A DNA stretch of 64,000 nucleotides from Chiloscyllium plagiosum (lineage: Eukaryota), in the NCBI RefSeq assembly GCF_004010195.1, contig NC_057720.1, positions 34,837,992 through 34,901,991 of the forward strand, written 5' to 3'. This document shows positions 49,341 through 62,550 of the stretch, piece by piece. The translations under genes and the position numbers were made by a program. Below the pieces are notes generated by a model. The model saw only the letters and a list, made by a program, of their open reading frames with translations. It searched no databases and had not been told where the DNA came from. Within the stretch, counting starts at the first letter, position 1, and each line of letters begins with the position of its first letter.

Positions 49341-50654
49341 TGAGGAAAGATGAACATGGATTTAATAAATAACAAACATCTTCCTCCATCATCAAAATAT
49401 TCCTCATTCTGCATGTTGTCTAAGGGCTGTAGTTCAGCTAAAGTTGTGGTTTACGTGAACCTTCCATTTGTGTCTAAGAACACAATTCATAAACCAGAGG
49501 AAATGAAAATCTGTGACATTGTGGCAGAAATCAGACACTTCCGAATAAGAGTAGACTTTAAACAGATTGTGAATGAATCTTAGAGAGCTTTCAGAGAAGT
49601 GTCAACAGGACATTATTTCTGATCAAAGTTTCTGGAAATCAGAGAATGCAATGTAAACAGATACCATCTTGTGATCTTAAACATATGACAAATTACTTTT
49701 CTTAACAAGAGCATCACTGTTGTCAAAAGGTCAAAGGTGGAAGTCATTAAAATGTTTTAGCTCAAGGGAGAAGAACTCTAGTGGATTTTGTTCAACTTTT
49801 CCTCGCAGTCCATTTCAAACATGTGGTCTCCTGGATTCTTTTTATGTGGATTAATTCATTATGTTTAAAATATTAACATATGCAGTTTTGTCTGTTTGCT
49901 TTTATAAAATCAATCAATAAACCAACAACACAACTGCTTTAATAATATCAAACACAACATCAGCTTTGTTTTCCTTTGTATTATTGTATTAATAATTATT
50001 CCCCTCCCTTACATGACAGGAAATGTTGTATGATCTGGGTAGGCCAATTGTAACATGTGCCTCACTTTCTGAACTTTCTAATATTATGCTGTTGACACAA
50101 ATCACCTGAATATAATAATATTCCTGGAATGAGATGTACAGTATTTGTTAAAAATCATTATTCACAACATTTATACATAGTTACATTTATTCTGTCTGCT
50201 TCCCTTTGCCCTAAATTTTAGCTTTTAATTGGTATACTTCATTATGATTTGCACTAAACTTAATCTTTTGTCTGACTTTATTTTAAAGTGCAAATGACAC
50301 TTTTAGCAAAGCATCATTAATATATTTGAGCTTCACCAATCAACTGCCCATTCAGAGTCTGGAATTTCTTTCTTATCAAACTTGTGTCTAAATGGTTGCA
50401 AAGCTGATTTAAGGTCCAGTTTTTTTCATTTAACCTGTGTAGAGTGCATCCATTTTATATCTAACTGTATGGCAAATTTGAGTGTTGATGTTTTCATCTG
50501 GCAACAAAACAAGGAATAGCATTTTTTTTCAACACGTTTGTGACAAAATGAATAGACTAAAATCTCAGTTTTTGTTTAAATATATGTATTTTTGTCACTA
50601 GGACCAATGTAATTAGGGAATGGAAGTTAACAACTGTAGAGGCATCAGAGATGG

Positions 50655-51032
50655 AACTTAAAGAGGTTTATAAAATCATGAGGGTCACAGATAAAGTGAA
50701 TTGCAAAGGTCTATTCCCGAGGTTTGGGGAGTTTAAAACTACAGGACATAATTTTAAAGTGAGAGGCAGAAGATTTAAAAGGGTTCTGAGAGGCAACTTC
50801 TTCAGATAGAAGGTCATTCATATATGGGATGAACTTCCAGAAGAATTGTTAGATGCAGATACAGTTAAAACATTTAAGAGACATTAAGAGACAGGTATAC
50901 GAATAGGAAAGGCTAAGAGGGATTTGGGCCAAATGCAGGCAAATGGAATTAGTTTAGTTTGGAAAACTCGGTCAGCATGGATGAGTTAGATTGAAGGGTC
51001 TGGTTCTGTGCTGTATGGCTCGATAACTCTAA
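50655..51032 (+). mobile_element. CR1 family A 3' end
   Basis: Colinear with 22615-22987. Confidence 0.88.
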
Positions 51033-51167
51033 AGCACTCCAGAAACAGCTACAGCGTGATGCAAGTGCTTGTTTTTTCCAAAATTGTGCATCTCAGTTAG
51101 CTCTGAATAACAAGCATTAAAAACTTAAGACATTTAAAAGATACAAAAACACTTTCAGTCCATTATA

Positions 51168-51484
51168 GCCCACATGATGGCTTAATGGTTAGTGCTGCTA
51201 CTTCACAGTGCCAGGGACCTGAGTTTGATTTTAGCCTCGGGTGACTATCCGTGTGGAGTTTGCACATTCTTCCTGTGTCTGTGTGGGTTGCCTCCCATAG
51301 TCCAAAGATGTGCAAATCAGGTGGATTGGATATGCTAAATTGCACATAGTGGCCACAGATGTATAGGCTAGGTGGATTAGCAATAGGAAATATGGGGATA
51401 GGGTAGCGTGGTTAAGTCTGAGTGGGAGGATCAGTGTGAACTCAATGGGCTGAATGGCCTGCTTCCACACTGTAAGGATTCTAT
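51168..51484 (+). mobile_element. HE1-like V-SINE
   Basis: Head and V core gtgtggagtttgcacattct. Confidence 0.88.
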
Positions 51485-52269
51485 CTCTCTGATACTTCAA
51501 TCTCCCCAACGCCCAATATTATTCCAATCTTTCTTAGCCCATTATTTGAAATATTTTCATCGTCAACTTTCTGTTTACTTCTCGTAACATAAAAAAAGAA
51601 GTCCTTTGATCCCACTTGCTTGATTTACTTTGAAGTAATACCCTGGGCTCACACGATCAACAGAAAAGAATATCAGAATGAATGAATGTGTATCCTCTCA
51701 TTTGATGGCCTTATTATAACAAAATATGGCTTCATCATGCTACCATTACCGACAGGTCAACCCTTTATCCATCCTCACCCCCCCTTTATTGAATATTTAG
51801 ATAGCAGCAATGTAACATTCTGTAAATCATTTGGCGGTCTGGCAGTTGAGGAATGCACACATATAGCATAAATAGAATATCCAATCGATGGCAATGCAAA
51901 TTATTCTGTTCTTCCATTGTTCATTCCCTTATTCACACTCAGTAATGCCTGCAGCACTCCTGAACTTTGGACTTCTGCCGTTCTCAAAAGAATGCCTATA
52001 CGTCACTCTCACAAATATCCTCTGTGTGTATTATCTTTCCTAGCCACAGCACAGGGAAATCTATACTTAGTCATAAGCAGTCCATCAAATAGAGACAAAA
52101 TGAAGGAGGCAAACAGTTCTGTTAGACTTTGTTTCATAGTACTCAATTTGTCAAGCTCTCAAAACCTTGGAGGTATTTTGCAGTGTTGCCAGGTAGTCAC
52201 CTGTTAAAAGAAATTCTCACTTGATCGCTATCATTTTAAAACAAAATACTGACTGGCTATGAGCCATAA

Positions 52270-52567
52270 AAGAAAAGAGAACAGAAGATACTCAACAACA
52301 AAACAGAAATTGATGGAAAAACACAGCAGTAGCATCTGTGGAGGGAAATCAGTGACCCTTCCTCAGAATTGATGGTAGGTCTGGTTTTTATTCAGAAGAA
52401 AGGGTGGGGTGAAGGGGTAAGGAGTAAACAGTAGGTGGGATGGAGCCCATAAAGAGACCAGAAAAGTTATCTCTGATTTCCTTCCACAGGTACTGGCAGA
52501 CCTACTGAGCTTTTCCAGCAATTTTTGTTCCTGATTTCCAGCATCCACAGTTCTTTAGTTTTTTTTT
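52270..52567. mobile_element. Fold-back PLE-terminus element (subfamily 2), degenerate
   Basis: aaaacagaaattgatggaaaa...gtgacccttcctcagaa arm; inverted arm ...ttttccagcaatttttgttcc. Confidence 0.75.
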
Positions 52568-53499
52568 CCAAAAGATACTCAATATCACTGAACAATTTGT
52601 ATACCTTAGTAGGACTAGTTTGACCAACTTCCAGCAAGAACAGGATAAATAAAAGCTATTGAAAATTGCACCTTTAAAGTCCACACTATGCAGTATGATA
52701 TATGCACCTAGGTGAAACAACTAAGAGTGACATTAAATTGTGCAACTGCCAGAACTCCAGTCAATTCACAGTAATTTTCCAAACTGCTTGTGGATCAATT
52801 GTGTTCAGCTTTAATAGTAGAAATTCATAGAAGAGAACAAAAGGATATTTTTTTAAAAATGTATCAGAAGTTTACAGCAGGGCTAGTGGTGTTAATATGA
52901 GAAAATAGATTCATGCATTGGCTAAAGATTGAGGGAGTTCATCATCTTTTAACAATTTGAAAGCTGGAACAGGGTTGAAAGTGCAAATGCTGAAGTTGCT
53001 GTAATGTTGATGTTAAAACCTTCACCCTTATTCTCAAATCACTGATTTACAACGGCTATAATATGTACAATCTGCATTACATCCTGCAGCAATTCACAAA
53101 CCTACTTCAGTAGCAACTCACAGATGTTAATTATATACAAACTTTATGTAATTGAATGAAGGTGGTGCATTCTAACATAAGATTTTCCCTTCCCCAACAA
53201 AAATGAGAGTCTATTTAACAAATGTTTTAACTGAGATTTTGTATGAGAGGTGCACTGAACATTGGATATACTTTTTATGCCTTATAAATAAGAGTCCATT
53301 TTGGGATAATTACTTTGGATGAACATTGTGCGTGAAAAATAGTTGATCAATGAAAAAAACTTTTGGTTTGGAATGAATTCTGGAGACAAAGAAGAAAATC
53401 TCCAAAATTAAATGAGTGGCTGCAGGTTAAGTGTGAGAGTTTAACCAGAATAAATGCATGTGCAAAGAAATTGTCAAGGGTCCGACAGGAAGGGTATCT

Positions 53500-54129
53500 T
53501 AGAATCTTGGAAAAGTACACCACCGAAACAGACCCTTTGGTCCAACACGTCCATGCCAACCAGATATCCCAACCCAATCTAGTCGCATCTGCCAGCACCC
53601 GGCCCATATCCCTCTATCCCCTTCCTATGCATATACCCATCCAGATGCCTTTTAAATGTTGCAATTGCACCAGCTTCCACCACTTCCTCTGACAGCTCAC
53701 TCCATACATGCACCACCCTCTGTGTGAAAAAGTTGTCCTTAGGCGCCTTTTATATCTTTCCCCTCTCACTCTAAACCTATGCACTCTAGTTCCAGACTCC
53801 CCCACCCTCGGGTGAAAAACTTTGTCTATTTATCCTATCCATGCCCCTCATGCTTTTATAAACCTCTATCAGGTCACCCCTCACCCTCTGACGCTGCAGG
53901 GAAGACAGCCCCAGCCTATTCAGCCTCTCCTTACAGCTCAAATCCTCCAACCCTGGCAACATCCTTGTAAATCTTTTCTAAACCCTTTCAAGTTTCACAA
54001 CATTCCGTTAGGAAGGAGACCAGAATTGCACGTAATATTCCAGGAGTGGCCTTAGCGATGTCCTGTACAGCCGCAACATGGCCTCCCAACTCTGATACTC
54101 AATGCCCTAATCAATAAAGGAAAGCATAC
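53500..54129 (-). mobile_element. CR1 family A 3' end
   Basis: Colinear with 7098-7725. Confidence 0.93.
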
Positions 54130-54764
54130 AATGCAATCATTTGTACAGTATGCAGTGAATTTTATTTTTATTTAGGAAGTTTTGGCTGCGCATATCTATT
54201 CTTTTTTTATTTAAAGAGAAAGTAGAGAACATTTAATTGTATTTTAATATTATTTTATTGCATGCAAGACTTGGGAATTAACTGAAGACTCAAACAATCC
54301 ATGCAAATTTAGGCAAAATGTGGTTGTCGGAGTTGGAAGAAATGTGTGCGTACTGTGTAACTGCTAAATGAATGAAAAAATGTGTAAAGATTGATGGTGG
54401 CTTTATTATTCACCAAATGGTTTTCATAAATAGAACACACCATAGGACTTTTATCATTGAGAAAGACAAGAATAGTAAGATTATATGTGTGAGCAGTCCT
54501 TATAATAAAGCTACCAAAAAGGAATAAATACTACTGTTTTGAGTTGCGTTCCTCTCCCATTGTGAACTGGATTAAATCTTTCCAATTGATTTTGCTTACA
54601 ATCACATTTTACGACACCTATTTCTACCTCCATGACATTACTTGACTTCATCTCTGTATGAGTGCATCTACTACTGAAGCCCTGCCTTAAGGCTTTATTA
54701 CCATCAGGCTTAATTATTTCATTGCAGCAGCAGCTCATTGAGCATAATCTACGCTTCATAAACT

Positions 54765-55560
54765 TGAGGTCATCCAAAACACTTCTACCTGTGCCATAAC
54801 TTGCAATATGTTTCATTCATCTATTGCCCTTGTGTTTCCTTACTTAGATTAGCTACTACTCCAGCAATATCTTGATTTTAAAATTCTGATCCTCACTTTG
54901 AAACCCCTCCAACACCTTGCCTTTCCATAAATTTGTAATCTTTCATAGTCCTAGAAATTTCCAAAGATTAAGAGATCTATAGTATTTGTCCTCATTGCTG
55001 CTGCTGACACATTGTGTTATCTGCCACCTCTGCCTGCCTATGGCACAGGTAATGATTGCTTGAGATGGTTCACTGTCACCAATAATCCTTTGCCTATATT
55101 ATGCTTAGAACCTGTTAGCAAAAAGGTTTATTGCATAATAGCAATTAGTAAAGTTTACATTATCAGTCAGGCATCATTATTAATGAATTTTGGGAGCTGT
55201 ACTGAATGCATTTGCACCCAAAAAAGGCTAATTCCCAGCTTCTCCTTAAAAACTGTGTGTGACTTGACTTCATCAGATTGGTTGGAGTTAATACAGCATC
55301 AATAGTAACTCCTTCAGACCTATTACTTTATAAAATATGTTCCTCCAGCACTGCCATCTCATGAATCTCTCATTTTAATCAATGCACCATTGCTTACTAT
55401 GACTCAGGTGTCAAAACCCGAAGCATTGGAAACCTTCTCTGCACCTCTCGATGTCATTGTTTTCCTATCAGACCCTCTTTGACCAAGCTTTTACTATGTT
55501 TTGAAATATTTCATCACATTAAATGTACCATATAAATATACATCTTGTATGTTGTTCTTA
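54765..55560 (+). mobile_element. Degraded L2 3' pieces (~54765-54990 and ~55400-55560)
   Basis: IQN...LDFKILILTLKPL motif; L2-like tail ctctttgaccaagctttt...tataaata. Confidence 0.55.
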
Positions 55561-55624
55561 ATAATATTGGTTAGTTTTTAATCCATAGATTCATAAACTC
55601 CAAAAATTAACTCTCTTGATTGTT

Positions 55625-56160
55625 GGAGAAAGTGAGGACTGCAGATACTGGAGATCAGAGTCAAAAATTATGGTGCTGGAAAAACACAGCTGGTTGGGCA
55701 GCGTCCGAGGAGCAGGAGGGTCGACATTTCAAACATAAGGTATTCATCAGGAATGAGGGGGTGGCCCAAGAGGGCTGAGAGATAAAAGGGAGGAGGTGGG
55801 GCTGGGAGGTAGGTAGCTGGGAATGTGATAGGAAGATGAAGGTGGGGGGTGATGGTGATAGGTTGGAAAGGAGGGTGGAGTGGATAAGTGGGAAGAAAGA
55901 TGGACAGCGCTGAGGACGGCACTGAGTTGGAAGTTGGTTTTGGGATACGTTGGGGGGGGAGCGGAAATGAAACTGGTGAAATCTACATTGATCCTGTGTG
56001 GTTAGAAGGTCCCAAGGCGGAAGGTGAGGCATTCTTCCTCCAGGTGTCAGGTAGCTAAAGTTTGGTGGTAAAGGAGGCCTAGGACTTGCATGTCCTTGGC
56101 CGAGTGAGTCGGAGAGTTAAAGTGTTTGGCCACAGGGTGGTGGGGTTGCTTAGTGCATGT
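55625..56160 (-). mobile_element. Penelope-like (Neptune-type) 3' end: GIY-YIG C-terminus plus subfamily-1 hammerhead module
   Basis: PVAKHFNSPTHS..DMQVLGL; EECLTFRLGT; pyrimidine-rich linker; module at 55625-55752. Confidence 0.88.
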
Positions 56161-56164
56161 GTCG

Positions 56165-58210
56165 GACATACATACAAACATATGAAACTGGAGCAGAAGT
56201 AGACTTTCCTGCCTCTCAAGCCTGCTCCGCCATTTAATAAAATCATGGTTAACCAGCTTTTTTTCCATCAGGCATTCCATATTCCACATTCCCATCTATC
56301 CCTAACAAGAACCTATACAGCCCTACCTTCAAAATAATCAATGTCCCAATTTCTACCACTTGCTGAGGCACAAAGTTCCAAGGTCGTACAAACCCTGATG
56401 GAAAAAAATTCTCCTCAGTTCTGTTTTGAAATGGTGACCCCTAATATTTGAACAATGCCTCCTCATTCTGGACTCACCCAGAAGAAGAAATATCGTTTCC
56501 ATGACCACCTTGTCAAGCCTACTCAGGATCTTATACACTTCAATCAAATTACTCCTTAATTTTCTCCAGGGAAACAACCCCAGCCTGTCCAACCTGTCCC
56601 TACAAGACAACCCACTCATTCCAGGTATCAGTCTAGTAAACCTCCTCCAATGCATTTACATTCATCCTTCAATTTGGAGACCAAACCTACGCACAATGTT
56701 TAAGATGTGGTCTGACCAATGCTTTGTATAATTGGAACATAATATCCTCCCATAATAAAGTATAGCATTCTGTCAGCCATCTTGATATTTGTTGCACCTG
56801 CAGACTAATTTTTTGTGACACATACAGGAGAACGCCTATATCCTTCAGCACCCTGGAATTTTCCATTTAAATAATAGATTGCCTTTTCATTCTTTCTGCC
56901 AAAGCAAACAATTTAACATTTTTTTCTGACAATATAGTCCATCTACAAGATTTTTGCCAACCCACTCAACCTATCTATATCCATCTGCAACTTTCTTATG
57001 TCCTCTTCACAACATACATAGAACATAGAACATAGAAGAATACAGCGCAGTACAGGCCCTTTGGCCCTCGATGTTGCGCCGATCCAAGCCCACCTAACCT
57101 ATACTAACCCACTATCCTCCATATACCTATCCAATGCCCGCTTAAATGCCCATAAAGAGGGAGAGTCCACCACTGCTACTGGCAGGGCATTCCATGAACT
57201 TACGACTCGCTGAGTGAAGAACCTACCCCTAACTTCAGTCCTATATCTACCCCCCCTTAATTTAAAGCTATGCCCCCTTGTAATACCCGACTCCATACGC
57301 GGGAAAAGGGAAAATACATTCCAACCTATTGTGTCACCTAATCCATTTATCTAAGTCAGTGATGTAAATTGTAAAGATCCTTGCTGGACTCCACTCTTGT
57401 CATCTTGGCAGTCAAACAAAGACCAATTTGGAAGCCAATCCTACACCATGAGATTTTATTTCTCACAATAACCTTTAATAAAGCATCTTGTTAAATCCCT
57501 TTTGGGAGTCCAAGTTACGTATGAGTTCAGATGGCCATTTATCTACAATGCATGTTATTCCTTCAAAGAACTCCAATAAATTGGCTAAATGTGGTTTCCT
57601 TTTGACAAAACCATGCTGACTCTTCCCAATCACTGCTATAATTTCATCAGTGATCAATTTTATAACAAATGTCAAGCTAACTGACCCGTAATTTCTTGTT
57701 TTCTGTTTCCCTCGGTTCTTGAACAGTGGGAGTGTATATCCTACTTTCTAGATGGATGGAACCTTTCCTGAATCTAGGAAATGTTTGAAACTTAGAACCA
57801 ATGCATCTACTATATCAATAGCCACTTCTTTTAAGATCCTATGATGAAGTCTATCTGCATCTGAAGACTTGTGAGCCTTCATCAATTTACTCAGTATCAC
57901 TTTGCTCATGATCGTAATTTTAACAGTTTTCTCTTTCCCTTCCACCTCCTGATTTATAGCTCTACTAGTATGTATTTTGTATTCCCTATAGTAAAGGTAG
58001 AAACAAAGTAGTTGTTCATTTTGCCTGCCGTTTCCTTAATATCCACTATTAACTCCCCATTTTCATTGTCTTGGAGGACTAATACGCACTTTACTTGTTC
58101 CTTTCCTTTTTAAATACCTGTACAGACTCTTGCATTTACATTTCCAGTTAGCTTCCTCTCATAATCTAATCTCTTCCTCCTGATTAACCTAATTCTATAC
58201 CATATTTAAC
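56165..58210 (-). mobile_element. Older CR1 LINE with nested family B tail
   Basis: ORFs 57748..57945, 57475..57675 (SQHGF, LLEFFE), 56353..56655. Confidence 0.88.
57017..57310 (-). mobile_element. Young CR1 family B-like 3' tail
   Basis: (catagaa)n tail; ORF 57099..57296 TRGHSFKL..RFFTQRVV; CpG-rich. Confidence 0.9.
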
Positions 58211-58723
58211 ATTCTGGCCAATTATCTGGAAGGAAACTTCATGGCCAAGTTGGACTTTAACTTTCATTTAATGAGTAGCTGCTTACAGCTTAAATTGTTT
58301 GCTTTTAAGCCCAAACCTGACCAACCACAACATTAACTGAACTTTGGTTAACTGCCTATGATTAAAATTTATTTTGGAACTAAATCCTTTACCGTTTTAT
58401 TTTACATTTCCATCTATTAATTGCACCTCAAATTAAGTTATACATTGTGACATACAATCCCAACACACCAAACTTTGATAAGTTTTTTTTTAAACGTCAT
58501 ACCTATTGACAGGAATTTTTATTAGCTACAGTGAATGAAGAAGCATGATTCAGGAACATTGGTAACAATAGAATCACTAAATAAGATGCTTCTATAATTG
58601 GCAAATTGTGAAGAATAGAAGAAGATTTAAGACTTATAAGCCAAATATTCAAATATGCTCAGTCCTAGAACCCAGAAATCTAGCCATACACGATCCTGAA
58701 GTGGGCCTTACCGTTTACACTTT

Positions 58724-58796
58724 GCTTCTGTAGTGTAGTGGTTATCATGTTTGCTTCACACGTAAAAGGTTCCCAGCCCAAAACTGGGCAGAAACA
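58724..58796 (+). pseudogene. tRNA-Val(CAC) pseudogene
   Basis: 73 nt colinear with vertebrate tRNA-Val; anticodon CAC at 58757-58759; T-loop GTTCGAA decayed to gcccaaa; CpG transitions. Confidence 0.88.
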
Positions 58797-58869
58797 GGAC
58801 TGCTGCCTTATAATCTAGGCAAGGTGCGTTGTCCCCACTTTTCAGTAAAAGTGAATGGAATTTTTTTTT

Positions 58870-59222
58870 GGTGGGACAGTAGTTCAGTGGTTAGACTGCT
58901 GCCTCACAGTGTCAGGGACCCAGGTTTGATTCTAGTCTTGTTTGACTGTCTGTGTGGAGTTTGCACTTTCTCAACCATGTCTGTGTGGGTTTCTGCCGCG
59001 TGCTCGGATTTCCTCCCATCATCCAAAGTTGTGCAGGTTATATGGATTGGTCATTTTAAATTGTCCGTGGTGACCAGTGATGTGCAGGTGAGGTGGTTTA
59101 GCCAAGGGAAATGTGTGGTTACAGGAATGGGGTGGGAGTCTTGGTGTGGAATGCTCTTCGGAGAGTTGGTGCAGACTCAACAGGCCAAATGGCCTCATTC
59201 TGCACTATATTGATGCAATGAT
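58870..59222 (+). mobile_element. HE1-like V-SINE, older copy
   Basis: cagtggttagactgctgcctcacag head and V core. Confidence 0.88.
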
Positions 59223-59307
59223 TCAATTAGCTTACAATTTAGCTGTTAGCAAGCTTTTTGATCTACCTCAAAGTTGTCTGTCAAGAGGAGCATTCACTAC
59301 CACCATC

Positions 59308-59514
59308 GAGTCGAAAAGTGTGGCGCTTGGAAAGCACAGGGAGAAAGTAAAGACTGCAGATATTGGAGATCAGATTCAAGAGTGTAGTGCTGGAAAAGCA
59401 CAGCTGGTCAGACAGCATCTGAGGAGCTGGAGAGTCGACATTTCAGGCATAAGCTCTTTAAGCACCACACTTTTCAACTCTGACTCTCCAGCATCTGCAG
59501 TCCTCACTTTCTCC
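59308..59514. mobile_element. Rearranged fold-back hammerhead module (subfamily 1)
   Basis: Partial tandem plus inverted arms; imperfect 13-bp TSD cactaccaccatc 59295-59307 and cacgatcaccatc 59515-59527. Confidence 0.85.
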
Positions 59515-60707
59515 CACGATCACCATCAATTCTGGCAACATTGAAGCAGCGTGGTTTCACAAATTTTTCTGACCACATCTGAACTGAATCAATGCTCTGT
59601 ATAAGTCTTAAGCAGAATTAGTAGTACATGTTGAAAGACTTCAATCAAATATGAAGGAACATTTTGAAAAGTAATCAATGCCTTTAATCCACTTGAGTGA
59701 AAAACTGTCTTGAGCAACTGCAAAAAACACCAATGGAGCAGAGCACAGGGAATTATTGACCAAACAAAGCAGATCATTGGTTGGAGCGGTTGTAAATTGA
59801 GCAGCTTTATACAAGTGGCCTCAACAGGAGGGGCTCAAAGACCTGCTTACCTCATTAGCCCTAAAAACATACTCTTGCTCTTCCTGGCCATACAAAAATA
59901 AGAATTCAAAATGTAATTGTTTTTGAGCAGCATTCAACAGTGCCTTTAAGATCTACTGGTTAAATCATGCGGACCAGGTGGATCATTGATAGTGCATGCT
60001 ATTTCCACATCAAAACTGCAGCTAGTTTTATCACAGGGTACTGATTTGTATGCAATGACAAACCTTGTTCCTGAATAGGAAGTAGCTGCGAACCCAGTCT
60101 TAAGACCCTATCCAAGATGGTGGAGGCTACACAGGCAGCATGAGAAAGGGCACTAAGTATTGTTTGATTAACACTTGGTGGTGGCGCTTAAATCAACTTC
60201 TCGATTTCAAGTCACCTGCAGACTACAGAGCTCATTAATACTCTTCCTGTCCATCTCAATCTAGACATGCAGGCTGACAGAGTTCTCAGCTTCATAAGTA
60301 ATCTGCGAATGAGTCCATACCTTGTTAAAGTCAATGGATGGTTGCACAACATGGAACACCAGACAAATTATGAATTATCAATAACATTTGCTTAATCTAG
60401 TTAATGAAAGTGCTTCTTTAGCAGGCTAACCATTTAAATGTAGAAATTGCAGTGGAACAAGTACGTTGCCAAAAATGCAGTAGCTGCACTTATCTGTAAT
60501 ATGTCCTGATATTTGCATGATACAGTGATAATGGACTGTATGTCTTAACATGGTAATGTATTTCTAATAATTAGTCAACAGCAGAGCCAGATATGAGACA
60601 AGAAGATCTCCAGTAGTAGAAATATCTGGAAAGTGTAGATTCACAGGAAGCCTTTATTCACAAGTATGCTAGTTTCCTTGCAATATGTCAGAGGATGTCA
60701 ATGCCAT

Positions 60708-62550
60708 AAAACCATAAGATATAGGAGCAGAATTAGACCATTGAGACCATCAAGTCTTCACCACCATTTGATCATGGCTGATATGTTCTCATCACAATTC
60801 TCCTGCCTTTTCCCCATAATCATTGATCTCCTTATTAATCTATCTCTGTCTTAGATAACTCAATGACTTAGCCTCCACAGCCTTCTGCAACAATCCCCAT
60901 ACACTGGCTGAGGAAATCCCTCCTCATCTCAGTTCTAAAAGGTTGTCCCTTCATTCTGGGGCTGTGCCCTAGGGTCCTAGTCTCTCCTCCTAGCGGAAGC
61001 ATCTTTTCCACATCCACTCTCTCCAGGCCTCAGTTTCAATGAGATCCCCTAACATCTTTCAAAACTCCATCAAGTCCAAAAAACTCAAATGTTCCTCATA
61101 TGAGAAGCCCATCATTCCTGGGATCACTCTTGGGAACCTCCTCTGGACCTCAAAATGGGGCTCAAAATTGCTCACAGTATTCCAAATGCAATCTGACCAG
61201 AGCAAAACCTGTCTCAGCAGTACATTCCTGCTCTTATATTCTAGCCCTCTCAGAATCAATGATTACATTAGTCAGTCTTACTGCCAACTGAACCTATGTG
61301 TCAACCTTAAGAGCATCCAGGACTAAGGCTCTTAAGTTGCTTTGTACTTCAGATTCCAAAACCTTTCTCCATTTAGAAAATAGTTATGTCTCTATTCTTC
61401 CTACCAAAGTGCACAACGTCACAAATTTAAACATTGTGTTCCATCTCCCACTTTTTGCCCACTCTCTGGTCTATCTATGGCCTCCCTGCTTCTTCAACAC
61501 TACACGTCGCTCCACCTATCTTTGTGTCATCTGCAAACTTAGCAACAATGCCCTCAATTCCTTCATCCAGATTGTTAATGTACAACATGAATAGTTGTGG
61601 TCCCAGCATGAACCCATTCAGATTTCCCCTGGTCACCAGCTTCCATCCTGAAAAAGAGCTCACTCTGTCTTCTGACAGTCAGCCAACCCTCATTATAGTA
61701 TCATGACCCTATCATGATTGTATCATGACCCTAACACCATGGGTTCTTAACTTATTTTGCAGTCTCCAGTGCAGCACCTTGCTATAGACATTCTCTAAAT
61801 CCAAATCAATAATTTTCAATAGCTCCCCTTTCTCTAATTTGCTTGTTACCTCCTCAAAGAATTTTAATGGATTTGCCAGTCTTGACCTTCTCCTGACAAA
61901 GCCGAATTGACTCAGCTACATTTTAGCTTGCATTTCCAAGTACTGTGCAAACTCATCTTTAATGATGTTCTCTAAAATCTTACCAATGACCAACCTCAGG
62001 CTACCTGGTCAATAATTTACCGTCTTCTGCCTCCTTCCCTTCTAAAATGGAAACTAACGTAAATTAGCTATTTCCAGTCTTCTGGGAACCTCCCTGACTC
62101 CAGTGGTTCCTTAAAGATCCCAATCTCCTCAGCTGTAGGGTGTTGTCTATCTGGTCTGTGTGATTTGTTCACCTTCAGAATTTCAATTTCCTCAGCACCT
62201 TCTCCTTAGTGATGGCCACTACACTGACCTCTGCCCTCTGACTCTCTCGAAGTTTTGGTATGCTACTGGTGACTTCCACTGGCAACATGATTGCAAAGTA
62301 CCAATTAAGTTCCTCCACCATTTCTTTGTCCCAATTATTATTCCTCCAACCTATTTTTCAGCGGTCTAATGTCCAATCATGCTCTCTTTTAACTTTTATA
62401 TATCTAAAAAATATCTTCAATAATATTATTAGCTGGCTTATTCATATTTTCATCTTTTACCACTTTTTAAAATATTTGTCCACTGCTGGTTTTTGAAGGC
62501 TTCCAAAATCATGACTTCCCGCCATTATTCACCACATTGCTGCCATTCCC
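60708..62550 (-). mobile_element. Older CR1 LINE RT and 3' end
   Basis: ORF 61475..61663 LGPQLFMLYINNLD...KFADDTKIGG; ORF 61059..61259. Confidence 0.9.

Noticed and set aside
61698..61733. Short duplication gtatcatgacccta
   Set aside because: Local slippage inside an old CR1; no functional indication.
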